A stretch of DNA of 64,000 nucleotides from positions 558,001 through 622,000 of the forward strand of contig JAAOMT010000710.1 in the NCBI GenBank assembly GCA_016748015.1, given 5' to 3'. The translations under genes were made by a program, and so were the position numbers. The stretch comes from Geosiphon pyriformis uo1 (lineage: Eukaryota > Fungi > Glomeromycota). A model generated the notes under the pieces. The model did no database searches, was not told the DNA's origin, and worked only from the letters and a program-made list of their open reading frames with translations. Positions 49,601 through 63,960 of this stretch are shown in pieces. Positions within the stretch are counted from its first letter, which is position 1. Each line of letters opens with the position of its first letter.

Positions 49601-52600
49601 CATGTGCCCATAGTGAATAGCTTCTTTTCACAATTAACACATATTAGTCTTGGAGATTGGTAAAATAGATTTCTTTGGTCCAAAATTACATATCTTATTG
49701 ATAACAATTGGGGCTCTTCTTCAGCTCTGCCTTTTCTTTTTTTTTCTCAGGTTGGTGGTGGGAGTAGTTTAGTTTGATAATCATCCACCCATGAAACCTG
49801 ATAGGTCTTGATGGTTGGTAGCAGTGGTGTGTTTTTGAATTCAATAAGGGGTTTCTCAGTATGTTGGGTTTTAAAGTATCTGCTGTTACCATTAGAATTT
49901 TAACTATTAATTAGCATGAAATTACCCTTATAATTCCTATAATTAATTAGTATAATAATATTATTTCAAATTATCATTTATTATTTCATCAATTATCACA
50001 TATCACGATTCAATTAAATAATTCAATTAGTATAACAAAAAGTAGGATGATCAAATTACACAATACCCTGAACTTTGTAACATTCAAAAATTTGCCAAAA
50101 TTTACAGAAATTCGCCGAAATTTATAAGAAATTCGCCGAAATTTATAGAAATTCGCCGAAATTATGAATAGTTTACCCAAATTAATCAATAGTTCAGCAA
50201 AATAACTTGTAGTCCATCAAAATGTATCTTTAGTTCACCGAAATTTGAGCAAAGAGAAAAAGTGCAAGTTTATAGACTAGTACTACAACAAGTTGTATAA
50301 AAGAAAAGTTTTTCTCTTCAAGAAAATGTATCTTACTTTAGATTTATCTCTTAGAACCGTTTTTATACACACAAAAAGAAATAAATATCAAATAATTCAA
50401 AAAACCAAATTTTTTAATTATTGCACTTGGAAAATCCCCAAAACCCAACTAACATTTCAAAATTGATTAGCTACCAATTTCAGTAAACTGTTAATGACTT
50501 CAGACCTGAATAAAAAACGTTTCTCTTAACAGAATTCTATTTCTTTTACATTTTTTTTATTTTCTTGTATTTTCTTATTACAATCATTAGGGTAGCCTAC
50601 AGACAAGATTCTTGTAGAAGAGTTGACTTTTACAGCAAAGTAACTACACATTTTAGTGAGCTTTCAGATAAACAATTTCTGGGAAAGAGTTGACATTTAC
50701 TACAATGTAACTACATAAAATAATTGATATGGAATTGGCCATTCCACTTATAAGCCCAGCAAGTTCAAATTATAGAAAATAATTTGAAGATAAATTCAGT
50801 TATTGAAGGTTCAACTACTTCTAGAAAACATGAATTTACAACCAACAGACATTTACAATATTCAAGAAAAGAGACCAAAAACCTCTAGTAATATTACACA
50901 TAGCTGGAACTCGGGCATGCTGTCCATTGAATGTGAGTTAAAGTTCTTGGGTGTTCCAGTCAAGAATAGCATTGGCTTTTGACAACCAATTGTTTCCCAC
51001 TAAAGCTTGATATTGAGTAGCTTCTATGATGAGTACTTTGATAGGGATCTGAATTCCATTAATCTCAAAGGGGAAGTTGTCAATTTCTTCTATTGGGATT
51101 TTTGTGTTTCCATCTACTGTGATGATCCAGGCAGTAACAGCATGGTCTACTCGGCAACCTAATTGGTCCATGAGCTGCTTTATAATTATGCTACTGGCTG
51201 ATCTACTATCCAGGATTAATTTAATGTCTATTCCTCCAACTCTGGCATTAGTGTATAGAGCCATTATTGGTTTATCTTGATTGATGGCTGCTCCACTAAA
51301 AAAGCTATGGATGTTTAAATTATCGATGTCGAAAGGAAATATGGTGGCTACAGTGGTGTCTTTGGTAATAGTGGCTGGTAAGATATTGCTTTTTGTTTGC
51401 TTGAAAGATTGGAAAATTTGTTTTACATCCCTCCTTTCCATAGATGTAGATTTGTCAAAACTCTGGTCTTCCATAAGACCAAGATAAGAAGCTTGATTCA
51501 GGTATTCAGTTGGTATTGGTCGAGATTGGGCAGGACCACAAGGGATTGGTCAAGATAGTCCACTGTTGGTTTGCACCTAATTGTTGTTGAGATTCCTTCA
51601 TCCCTGATTATAGTCTATGGCTCGAGGTCTGGATGGACTGTAAGGAGAAGTTTGATAGTGAGGGATTGCTTGTATTATCAGTGGTGGTTGATAATAATTC
51701 TGGGGTGGTGGTTGAGTGTACGGGACTTGTTGTGTGTATTGAAGTGGTTGATTCTGAAGTATGGAATATTGGGGTACTATGCTTTGCTGATATCTGGATT
51801 GCTGGTATTAGTTCCCTTGATTTTGGTCTATTATCTTCTTTTTGCAGTCACAGGCAATGTGTCCAGATTTCTGGCAGTAGTAACAGTTGTGGAAATTGGA
51901 TCTCCAAGGTTGTTGCTGTTGCTGATGGTTCTGTTGCTGTGGGTATCTGCTGTTGTTATTATTTTCTTTCCATTGTGGTAGTTGATAAGTTCTTGTGCTT
52001 CTGGCTAAGAATCTCTCAATTTTTTGAGTTAATTTCTCACTTAATTGGGTTATCTTTGCATCGATATCAGAGGTTCTATTGATGGCTAAATTAATGGCTT
52101 GAGTATGGTTTGCTTCTTGCTTGGCCGACTCAAAATCATGAGTGAAAATGACTGCTTCTTGTAGGTTTGCTGGATGGCGAGGTTGTATAGATCTTAGGAA
52201 ACTGCTCCTTAGTCTTTTGACGAATTGATTGAAGACTTGTATGGTGGTATAATAATTCTGTTCGATGGCTAGGATTTGTCAAAGGACCTGATTGAATCTT
52301 TTGAGATAAGTAGTTACTGTTTCATGATCATTTTGTTTTATTATACTGAATTGATTTTGCAATCGGATAAGTGTATTAAGATTACAGAAGTATTGCAGAA
52401 ATGCAAGTTTAAACTCTGTAAAAAAGATAGACTTCTCTGTAAGGCTCTGGTACCACAAATTAGCAGTTCTGGTCAGAAAGAACAGCAGTGCCTAAATTGT
52501 GTGGTCGTTGTTCCAATCATTAGTGATAATTGCTTTCTCGATGTCTGTAATCTAAGAATATGCATTATCTTCTTTACTAGAGAATTTTTCTAATTTAGCA

Positions 52601-53421
52601 ATATTCTGGTAAGCCATGATCTGATTAATGAGTAGAGTATTACTGGTTATGTTTAAGGGGATTGGTGTCTGCATATTCGAGTGTTCTTCAGGTACTAATG
52701 CTGGTTGTTTCTCTTTGTCACTTAAACCAATAGATTGTAGGATAGCTGTTCCTTCTATCAAAGAAGATGCTGATTCTGTTGGGTTTTGTGCTAGTGGCTG
52801 TTTTCAAGTTGACATGTTTCTTTCTGGTTGACTGGCTGCTGGGGTAAGATTTCCAAACAGCGATTCATATTCTCCCAGTAATTTGTTCCAACTTTGTTGA
52901 TTCCAAGAGTGTGGGTTTCCAAGAGTTTGTGGTGTTTCCAACTGGGTTTCTGGAGATGGGTTGAATACAATTCTACTTTGGGGTGTCTAATGATATAATG
53001 GAGTTGTTAGGGAGAGGATCCTTGGTTTCTTGTTGACCATGGATTTGTTTTAGGCAGTTGTGGGATTATTGGATCTGTATTCGTATTCCTCTGAATTGGA
53101 TTCTACTGGTTGTTGTACTTGAGAGAATTGTTTTGTCACATAGTGTTTAATGTCTTTATCAACTATGTGTAGGGTTTCAACAATCGCTCGAGTAGTAGTA
53201 GTTATTAAGTACCTTAGTAAGCTTTGATGAATTTGTTCTCCAAATCTTTTTGTGTTTGTTGTATGGTCTAACAAGTAGTTGATTTTTGCATTGATATAGT
53301 TGCAAAAGTCACTTTCTGTGATGGTAGTTTCTGTTGGTATTCCTAGATCTTTTCGAAAGTACTGAAATAGTGCTTTTCCGTATGAGAAGTGGTCTTTTTC
53401 TATTGTTTCAATAGTCACCAC
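46618..53421 (-). pseudogene. E1 ORF1 (interrupted by B3)
   Basis: GTG start, MAYQNIAKLEKF, LILDSRS, ICVNCEKKL, GFGS, LDLASGYWQ, YLDD. Confidence 0.88.
49884..50893 (+). repeat. Solo LTR B3 inside E1 just after the protease
   Basis: Reverse complement of the B1/B2 LTRs; flanks CTGC/TTAC fit a decayed CCGC TSD; removal restores VPAMC-G-H-FK-like sequence. Confidence 0.9.
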
Positions 53422-53482
53422 TTTTGTGTATTTCTGGGGTGCTCTGTTTTTGTGGATTTATAATCTTACAGGGAGCACCAAA

Positions 53483-54546
53483 TGTTATAGGTAAACTTGA
53501 TGGGTATGGGAAATAGTAATGTTTGGTGCTCTTAATTATTGATGATACATCTTCTATGTAATTCTGTTGGCTTAGTCTTGATTATCAGTCTCTAAAGATC
53601 TATTCCTGAATGTGAATTTACCCATTGAGTTCTTTTGTTATAAGGCACAGAGTTTGTTTTTTGTTGATTGCAATGTTTTCCATAAATGTAAGCTTTTTTC
53701 TCCGAGTTAATGAGTGCAGTTATTAGGGTCTGGCATTGTCTTTTCGCCCTTTTGGTAAGCTAATAAGATAATGTTAATATCCAAAACTTAGGGGAAGCTC
53801 CTTTTTTTTACCAGGCTATCACAAAGTCTATTCTCAGGCAGTTAATTTTACTATGTTGCCACTCTACAAAAAAAATAAGAAAGAAAAAAAAAAAGGAAAA
53901 GAAAAAAAAAAAAAAAAAGATAAATTAATATCGTCAATCACTGTGATCAAGAGTGATTGGTCCAAATTGTTGATCATTTGAGATGATTATACTAAGAGCA
54001 TCTGTCCTAAAACAAAGGTACGAGACAAGGATTAATTCACGTAAATTCTACAAAGTTTAGGAACATGAATTTGTGACTCTGATTTTTTTAATAATTGGTT
54101 TATTTCAGAAGATGAAATAGGAAGAATAATAAATGATAAAGAAGTATGGATATTTAATTCTTATCTAAAGGTTTGTATCTATTTGTCTGTCTGCCTTTTC
54201 TAACTTCTACAACTACTTGTTTTTATACATTCTTTTGGTTTTACAGGATTGCTTTCAATTGTCTCGTTATTGCTAGCTATTGCTTTGTTATTTCTGTTAT
54301 TGCTTCGTTTTTCTATGTTATTGCTAGTTATCCTATGTTATAACACATTATCTGCCGTTATTACATATTATTCTGTGTTATCTTGTATTATAACACATTA
54401 TTCTATGTTATTGCACACTATTCTGTGTTATCTTACATTATAACACATTATTCTACGTTATAATGCGTTATCTAATGTTATTGCACTATTCTGTATTATG
54501 TCATGTTTCTTCATAACTTTGGATCAGTTTTTCTATTCGAGTAACA
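53483..54546 (-). repeat. E1 5' LTR
   Basis: Adjacent PBS; TATAAAAA near 54221-54228; TGTTATAACA-type array 54333-54480. Confidence 0.93.
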
Positions 54547-55453
54547 ATGAATGCTCCAGCAACATTCTAACAGCTCATAGAAATTGTTTATACTAAATTA
54601 TTATGGAAATCAGTAGTCATATACTTAGATAACACAAATGTATTCTCCAAGACATTTGATGACCATCTATATCATCTCTAACAAGTATTTGAAAGACTCA
54701 GACGAACAGGATTAAAATTAAATGCCAACAAATGCTTCTTTGGCAAAACCGAGCTCAAGTTTTTGGAACATGTAGTAAGCAAAGATGATATTAAAATGGA
54801 TCCAGATAAGATTGCAATAGTAAAAAACTTTCCAGTACCAACAAACTTGTTAAAACTAAGGGCATTTTTGGGATTTACAGGCTATTATCACTATTTTATC
54901 AAAGATTTTTTTAAACTAGCTCCACTTTACCATCTACAAACCAAGAATGTGAAGTATGAATGGACTGAAGCTTAACAAGAGGCATTTGATACACTGAGAA
55001 GAAAGCTTATTCAAGCTCCAGTGTTGATGTATCCAGATTACAGCAAACCATTTATCATTATTACAGATGTATTAGGTCAAGCATTAGGAACAGTACTATC
55101 ACAGAAATGACCAGATGGAAGAAAACATCCAGTAGTTTATGCCAGTAGAAGCTTAAGTCCAATTGAAAAGAACTATGGAACACCAGCACTAGAACATTTA
55201 GTAATCTATTGGGCAGTTATAAAATGGAGAGAATACTTGAGCCAAAAGTTTGAAATATATACAGATCACAAGAGATTGACTTCAATTTAGAAACAAGAAT
55301 TTGCAGACAATTGTCATGCCAAATAAAAAATAGAACTTTTATCATTCAATTATACAGTACATTATAAAAAAGGAAAAGACAATGGAAATGCCAACAAATT
55401 GTCACAAATGAGACAAATCTAAAAACATTTCAACCCAAAAATAGAACAAAAAA

Positions 55454-56830
55454 ATAAACACACAAAAATACCAACAACTTTAGCATTATATAAATACTCA
55501 ATTGTTCAAGGAGAAATTATCTCATAAAAAACAAAATAACATAAAACAACAATCAAAATATTTCATTAATCATTAAAATATACTTTACTGGAAAAACAGA
55601 AAAAATCCAGACCAACCAACCAGAGTAATTATAGAATCAGAAAAAGAAACAATATTGTTTAACATGTACTCAAATCCAACAGCAGGACATTTTCATAAAG
55701 AAGCAACCATAGAAAGAACCAGGAAAAGATACTATTGGCTATCAATGTATCCAGATATCATCTAATATGTTTAAAGTTGTGATGCTTGTCAAAAAAGAGG
55801 TAGAACAAAACTCAGTGAACCATTAAGACCAATCAAAGTAGAACAACCATTTGATCACATTGGAATCGACTTAGTCAGACCATTAACAATTACCAGTAAA
55901 GGCAACAGATATATTGCAGTAGCTATAGACTATCTCACAAAATGGCCAGAAGCAAAAGCCATTCAAAGAACAGATGCAGAATCCATTGCCAAATTCGTTC
56001 ATCAAGATTTGATATGTTAACACAGATGTCCAAAAGAACTACTATCAGATTAAGGAACTCATTTTGTGAATAGAACATTAACAGAATTAAGTCAGAAATT
56101 TGGGATAAAAAAACCATTATCATCACCATATCATCCACAAACCAATAGACTAGTTGAAAAATTAAATAGAACTTTGTGTGAAGCAATTGCCAAAATCAGT
56201 CAAAAAAACCAAGACAAATGGGATTTGTTTATACTATCAGTATTATTTATTTATCGAACAATGAGACAAGATACTACACAAACAACACCATTTGAATTGG
56301 TATATAATAGAACAACAACATTACCAATTGAAATAAAGGTCAACACATATCCAACTGAACCAATAACAGAAGCTAATTTTCAAGAAACATTGTTAAGAAG
56401 AACATATGACTTAATAGAAACACTAGAAAGCAGATGATGAAAAGCAGCTGATAATATCTAAAAGTCTCAAGAGAAGCAAAAAAAATGACATAATAACCAA
56501 TTACCAGATAAACCAGTTGAATTCAAGATTAGAGACAAAGTACTTTTACATTATACCAAAACAAAAAAACAATGGAATGGAAAATTTGACCCCAAATAAA
56601 ACAGACCATTTCACATAGAAAAAATTCTTGAAAATAGAACTTATAAATTAAGATGGGACAACAAAATTTTAACCAAAGCAGCACATGGTGATCGACTGAA
56701 ACCATATCACCAAATAGTATTATCATCCACCAATAACATTCTACAATTGGGAGTACAACAAATACTAGTTCAACCAGATGAGATTCCACAAGATCTGGAA
56801 CCAATCATAATTATTGGACTAAACACGTAA
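55454..56830 (+). pseudogene. D1 integrase ORF
   Basis: Presumed start (ATA) 31 nt after TAA 55420-55422; CDAC, GIDLV, SPYHPQTN. Confidence 0.85.
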
Positions 56831-56870
56831 AATCAAACAATAAAAGAGCATATAAAGACATGGTATACAT

Positions 56871-57742
56871 TGTTACTCATAGAAATATAGAAAATATATT
56901 AGTATAATTATTAGCCAATCAGAAGTAGGCGTAGTAAATGTGGAATTCCAGGATTCCTCTCAGGAATTGCAGGATTCCAAGAATTTCAGGATTCCCTGAC
57001 GAGGAATCACAGGATTCCAGAATTCCAGGATTCCTCTCAAAGAAATTGCAGGATTTCGGCAATTCCAGGATTCCTGTCATGAAGAATCAAGGAATTGGGG
57101 AATCTCAAATATGTATATATAGCAGTAGTGGTAGAAACAGAAAAGACAGAACTGATATTACAGAATCCTTAGCCTAGAAACAAAATCATCAAATAAATAA
57201 TTATTTCATATCTCAACTCACTCTCTACTATCAACACTTTATGTTAATAGTAATTGATACTTAACCATACTAGAACAATAGCTCTTGATCACAGCTATTG
57301 ACGAGATACTAACTTACCAAATTGCCTTGGCTTATTTTCTCTATTTTCTTTATTTTATTTTCTTTATTTTATTTTCTTTCTTTTTTTGATTTTGTTGTTG
57401 TATACTAATTAATTAAAAGATTAAGCACTGAATTATTAACGTCAAGGATAGCCTGGTAAAAGACCCAGAAATAAGGATAAGATTTTATATATTATTGGAT
57501 AGCTTACCAGAAGGGCACAATTACCAGACTAAATCTGGCCACCATGTTAAGAAAGAAATTGGGAAAACTCTTGAAAAAATACATCTACTATTGACACTAT
57601 TGAATCTCTGTCTATTATACAAAAAACTCCATCAAAACCTTCAAATACAACACTTACAGAACATCATCAATGGAAATAGCTTTTAAGTACCAAGTTACGG
57701 GTTTGTTATTCAATTCAACAGCAGAAATAATTACCTGTAATA
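56871..57742 (+). repeat. A3 5' LTR
   Basis: TGTTACTCAT...TGTAATA; array 56942-57076. Confidence 0.92.
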
Positions 57743-57804
57743 TTTGGTGCTCTCTGTGAGGTATAATTCTATAGAGAACCAGTACCAACAACACCAAACC
57801 AAAA

Positions 57805-60800
57805 GTGACAGAATCAGAAATAATAGGGACAAACCATCTAGGATTTGCAAAATCCTTATTTCAACAATACAGCCAGCAGCTAGATTTAAACAACAACCAT
57901 TACCCAGCAGAATCTAGCTTTCAACTTCTACATTAACAAAAAAATCACAGATTTCCTAGGAAGACCAGTTGACATTTAATCAGTAAGAAAAAATTTCTAT
58001 TCGGAACTAATCCAACACACCAACTTACCCAGAAACCACAGCTTTGCACCCATCATTAGAGAAATCAATCAAGAAATTGAAAGATATACACAAAAAACAT
58101 TCCCTATTACTTACCAGGACAAAGGCAAAGGAAAACTACAGATACCAGCAGTAACACCCAAAAGAATACAAATTCCTAACTGGAAGAAACAAAGAATTAA
58201 ATCTCTGATATACCCATCATACCATCATATGCCCAGAAGTATCATCAACATTGCCTCAGCAGATGTGTTTACCAGTACAAAAACGCCACTAGCAAGAATC
58301 ATGTTTCAGAGTAAACAAAAGAAAAACAAACTATTAAGAGCATACAGTGATTATTTTAAAGAATTTAAATCGAAATCGCCAATACCATCAGGATTTCAAT
58401 CACCACCTTATCAGCCAGATTTCGGAACTGTCAGTCCCTGAGAAATTACTGAATCAGAAGAAGATGAAGACAAGAATTAGGAATTTAATTACCAAAACCC
58501 AATCTTAGAAGACCTGAACATTCAAACACAGCAACATTTAGAAAATTCGGAAATTGAAACTCCGAATATTCGAACCCTGCCAAATCAAAGAAATCAAAAT
58601 CCCGAATTAATTCAGCAGCAAAATCTACTTCTAATTATCATCATTGATTAACCACCAATTGAGCCAATTCAACCACCTCAAGTACCACCCCAACAACTAT
58701 TACTTCTTCAACAACCATTTCAATAGCCACCACAACCACCCAACTTAGATCCAATGGCCTATGCACCAATTACAAAACTTGACAACTTTACTGGCGAAGA
58801 GGACAATGCTCAAGTATGGCTGAATGATGTAGAAAAGGCCATCGCAGCCAACAGATGAAATGATGCCCGAGCAATGCAAGCCATTCCCTACTTTCTCAAG
58901 GATACTGCCAATTCATAATATCAGAGCTTGGTTAATAAACTGCAAGATTTCAATGCCTTCAAAGTGGAATTCCTAAGATACTTCAGCAATAAAAACAGCA
59001 TCAATCACCTAGTCAATACATTCACCACCATGAAACAAGGAGAAACTGAAGCAGTTACCACTTATCTAGAATGCTTCCATCGAAATCTGCGCCAAATTCA
59101 AGCAATTGATGCCAACTACTTCACAGCACCACAGATCCTCAACCAGTTTATCCATGGCCTGCGCAGCAGCATCTTGCAACATGTACAGTCATTGCACCCA
59201 GGCACCCTTCAAGATGCAGTTACACGTGCCAGAGATTTTGAATCTGCTGAGTCAAAGGCTAACCATGCTCAAGCTGTTAATCTAGTAATGAATGGATCAT
59301 CTAAATTGGATTCCAAATTGGAGAAGTTCAGTGAATCAATTAATAAGAGACTGGAAGGATACTTAGCTGACAATCATGCCATTTATCAGCCTCCACAACG
59401 ACGCAATAATCAAGGAAACTTTAATCATGCCCAAAATCAACCACGTCCATCTTCATTAACCAATCAACAGTGGCAACAGGAAATGCGTATCTGCCACTAT
59501 TGTGGTAAACAAGAACATATCCAAATTGACTGTCATCAGCATTTAAATAACCAACAATCGGGAAATTAATATCGAAACCCCGATCGCCAGTTCCAAACTC
59601 CGAATCAATATCCAAATCAAAACCAACTTACTTATCTACTAGTGACGCAGTCATTAATCTATCAATCTCTGGTGTATCAAGCTTCAATCTATCAGCCATA
59701 GCCACAAGTAATTTATCAACAACTGCAGCCACAAATAATCTATCAGCCCCAACAAATCCAAACACCACTCCAAAGCTTACCACCTAATGGAACCCAAAGA
59801 CTGAAAACGACTTAACAGAGCTGAAGATTAGCAATGGTAGTCCATTAACCAATCCCCAGTTCTTCACAGCAACTATCTGGATTACACCAGCGGAATTTGG
59901 GTATTGGTCAACCCCAGAACCCAAATTCCCAGAACTATTTAAGTCTCCTGGTCACCCCAGAAGACACCTTAACCAATAACCCAGCATTTGCCCAAAAACA
60001 ACTACTTACCAGTAATATCCTACCTGCTACCATCACTGAAAACAAGTCTTTGGCTGCTATATTCCCATTCGAATTCGAGAAAACAACTACAATGCCATTA
60101 TTTAGTGGAGCTGCTCTGGAAGCCAAACCAATCACCATAATGTACACTGATGCCAAAGTTGAGAGACAATCCATCAAATTGATTCTCGACAGCGGTTCAG
60201 TAGGCAGCATCATTACATGACAATTCATGAATCAATTAGGTCGCCGAGTTGATTGAGCTGCCAGCACCAGAATCATTACAGTTGATGGAGTGACCAAAAC
60301 TCCAATCGGCGAAATCGATGACTTCTCTTTCGAAATCAATGGTATCATGACTTCTATTAAAGTTTTAGTGATGGAAGCCACTCAATACCAAGCTTTAGTT
60401 GGTAATAACTGGCTATCCAAAGTCAACGCGATGTTAGACTAGAACATCCAGGAACTCCAGCTAACATATCAAGGCCAACACATACGTGTACCGACCATGT
60501 GTGGCCACTTCAAGACTCCTCCAAAAGAAAAACTATTAATCGAACTGGAGAAGGAGAAAGAAAAACCTACCTGGGAAGCTTACCAAGTCTCCTGGGCCGA
60601 TGCCGACCACAATGAACTACCACCAATACTCTCATGAAACGACAACCCTAAGGAAAAGCAAAAAGAGGAAATAACTTGGGAAACAGACAATTTGACCTGG
60701 ACTGACAATGAACAGGAAGAACCATTGAGTTGGGAATGAAAAGAAAAAAAAGGAAAAGGTAAAGAAAGGGAGGAAGAAAATACTTAAGCCAACAACACTT

Positions 60801-63800
60801 ATATCTCATACACCTATGGTCAACAACAATCATCAACCTATCACTGATCCAAACCAATATGTGTTGATTATAGTAAGAAATTGTTGTCAATGGGCACATG
60901 CTGTGGTGATGATGAAGAATATCAGATGGCAACCAAGTTCTATTGCCATGCATGCCATGTCAAACATTTTGGAAGACCAAAACAAGTGAAAAAATGGGAT
61001 AATACACCATGTATAGCCTGTGGAAAAACTCTCCTCGACGAAGGAATGTGGAACAACATTCCGGGGAGAGGAGGAACATGCAATGTGTTCTGCCAATACA
61101 CGATCCTCATTAGCGACTGGGTTGAAAAAAGAACATCCATAGAAGCTGCCTGAAGAAGAGCTGTACAGCAATTGGACAGTTGTCCACATGATGATAATAA
61201 ATTATAGTGGATGGCAATTGCCAAAATTGAAGGTGCGTTGTCAGAAAAAATCAGAACAATTAAAAACAACCCACCAGAACCCATCGAGCTTGACTGGGAC
61301 GCAGAGCCAATCATAAATTTTCTGGAACCAGAAGAGTTCCATGAACACTACCAAAACTTGGCACCCACTAGAGAAGAGCAAGAATAATGGCTAACACAGT
61401 TAAATACAAGACTGTGTTGCCATTGTTTAATTCCCAGTGACTTTGAATATTGTGACGATTGTAACCTCATTTACAATCCACCATCACACATGATCTACAC
61501 AATCCCTAAAGAAGAAGAACCAATCAGCAGCTGTGCATCAGAATCAAAATTGCTGATCAATTGCGATCCAGACTCTAATGACGATAACAAAAACACCAGT
61601 TCCAGCTCTGTTTAAAATGACAATGACAACAAAGACAATTCAAACTCTGATTTAAACTATGAACAATACATTGCACTACCAGATCTCTCCAAAAAACAAG
61701 AGTTGAAATGGTATAGTGACAATAAGGAAGGGATTATACCAGAACATGTGCATAATACTAATGCAGAGTTTGATCTGAGGTATCCAGGAAAAAAGACCAT
61801 CAAATTGGAATCACATTCACACACCTACATTAATCTGAAAGTAGCCCTAAAAATTCCGACAACAACAATAGTTCAATTAACATTTAGGAATAGTTTAGCG
61901 AAAAGAGGGATTAATATAAGAGGAGGAATAATTGATGCGGGATATGTAAGAAATATCATCGCTATGCTACAAAATGACTCAGAAAAGGCCTATATAATAG
62001 AGTCCAATAAAAAGATAGCACAGGCAATATTCCTGCCTCTGGTTAGAGTAGCTCAGTTAGTATTAGTGAGAAAGAGGGAGAAATTAGGAATAACAGCAAG
62101 AGAAATACAGGGATTTGGGTCAACAGGTAAAATAGATGTACCAGTAATATGGCGGAGGAAAAAATTGTTGGCCAAGAAAAAATTATCTCAACTGGTCAAG
62201 CTATTTTCATTCCACTATATAACCAGTACATGCTAGCAATAAAAAGGAAGAAAAAAGACCAAGCACAAATTTTTGAAGCAGAAGCCAGTCTTTGTGAATC
62301 AAGAGAAGTTGGACTCATCAATCTTCACATACCAACCAAAAATTACAGCCACATTAAAATTCTTATCTACAACAACACAGGAAATGTCATAGTAATACCA
62401 GCCAGAATCATTATTGGATACTTAAACACTAAAATAGAGGATTAACCACCAAACTTCATTTCAGACTTTCCACAACTTTGTGATTATGTTAATATCACAT
62501 CACAAACAATACAGATGAAGTGAATGTTATTTGCTCCAATCAAAACAATTAAAACAAATAAACATGGGAAACTTAGATCCACTTCAACGTATGCAACTCA
62601 AGATGTTGCTCAACCAGTTCAATGACATCTTTGCCAGTGAAAATGAGTTTGGCCAAACTGACATCATCTAACATCAGATCAAGACTGGAGATGCAATGCC
62701 AATTAAACAAAAAGCATACAGAGTGCCACCAGCCAGTCATGAGATTATTTGTCAAGAAATAAACCAAATGCTTGACAATGGGCTAATTCAGCCATCAATA
62801 AGCCCATGGTCATTACCAGTGGTACTTGTTTATAAGAAAATTGGAAAGATTCAATTTTGTGTAGACTACAGAAAACTCAATGGTGTAACTCATGGAAACA
62901 GCTATCCAACTCCACGGATACAGGAATTATTCAATGCTTTTGGCGGAAACAAATGGTTCTCAACATTAGACTTGGACAGTGGTTACTGACAAGTGGCTAT
63001 GAATCCAGCTAACAAAGAGAAAATGGCATTCACCATAAGAGAAGAGAATTTCGATTTTTTGAAGTAATGCCATTCAGTTTAACCAACACACCAGCCACTT
63101 TCCAATGGCTAATGAAAATTGTCTATACTGGCTTATTATGGAAATCAGTAGTTGTATACTTGGACAATACTAACATATTCTCAAAAACATTTGATGATCA
63201 TCTTCATTATTTTCAACAAGTGTTTGAAAGACTAAGAAAAGCAGGACTAAAATTAAATGCAATAAAGTGCTTTTTCAGCAAGACAGAACTAAAATTCTTG
63301 GGACACATAGTCAGCAAAGACAGCATCAAAATAGATCCAGAGAAAATAGAGATAGTAAAGAACTTTTCAGTGCTGACCAATATGACAGAACTGAAATCAT
63401 TCTTAGGATTCGCCAGCTACTATTGACATTTTATCAAGAATTTTTCCAAGATAGTACAGCCATTCAACCAACTGCAAACCAAGAATACAAAATATAAATG
63501 AACAGAAAGTCAACAAAAAGCTTTTGATATTCTGAAAAGAAAACTCATTCAAGCTTCAGTACTGATTTATCCAAATCACAGCAAACCATTTATCATTACC
63601 ACTGATGCATCCGGCCAAGCATTGGAAGCAGTATTATTTCAGAGAGAACCAAACAGCAGAGAACATCCAGTAGCATATGCCAGCAGAGGTTTAATACCAG
63701 CCGAAAAGAACTATAAAACACCGGAACAAGAACACTTAACAATATACTGGGCAGTCATGAAATGGAAAGAATACTTGAGCCAGAAGTTTGAAGTATACAC

Positions 63801-63960
63801 AGATCACAAGAGATTAACATCACTCCAAAAACAAAAATTTGGAGATGAAAAACAGTCAAGATAGAAAATGACACTTGTACCATACAATTATACTATACAT
63901 TACAAAAAAGGAAAAGACAACAGAAATGCTGATGGTTTGTCACAAATAAGACAAATCTAA
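57805..63960 (+). pseudogene. A3 ORF1 Gag-PR-Cys-rich-dUTPase-RT-RNase H
   Basis: CHYCGKQEHIQIDC, LILDSGS, GGIIDAGY, GFGSTG, FCVDYRKLN, ends RQI* at 63958-63960. Confidence 0.9.

Larger units (their letters stand above)
43783..54546 (-). mobile_element. Full-length Ty3/Gypsy element E1 nested in RT of D1; contains solo LTR B3
   Basis: Perfect TSD ATGA (43779-43782 / 54547-54550); LTRs 43783-44410 and 53483-54546; PBS 53480-53465; PPT next to 44410. Confidence 0.95.
38461..55422 (+). pseudogene. D1 ORF1 (38461-43782 and 54547-55422)
   Basis: GTG start, MAYAPIAKL, LILDSES, GRIIDAGY, RT and RNase H motifs, ends RQI*. Confidence 0.88.
37539..56870 (+). mobile_element. Ty3/Gypsy element D1, interrupted by E1 and, at the ORF3 start, by A3 (remainder outside window)
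   Basis: 5' LTR ~37539-38397, PBS 38400; RT rejoins as MPFGLM|NAPATF across E1; integrase ends 56830. Confidence 0.9.

Noticed and set aside
56871-57742. This LTR as the 3' LTR of D1
   Set aside because: U3 differs from D1's 5' LTR, there is no PPT, it truncates ORF3 and it is followed by PBS and gag
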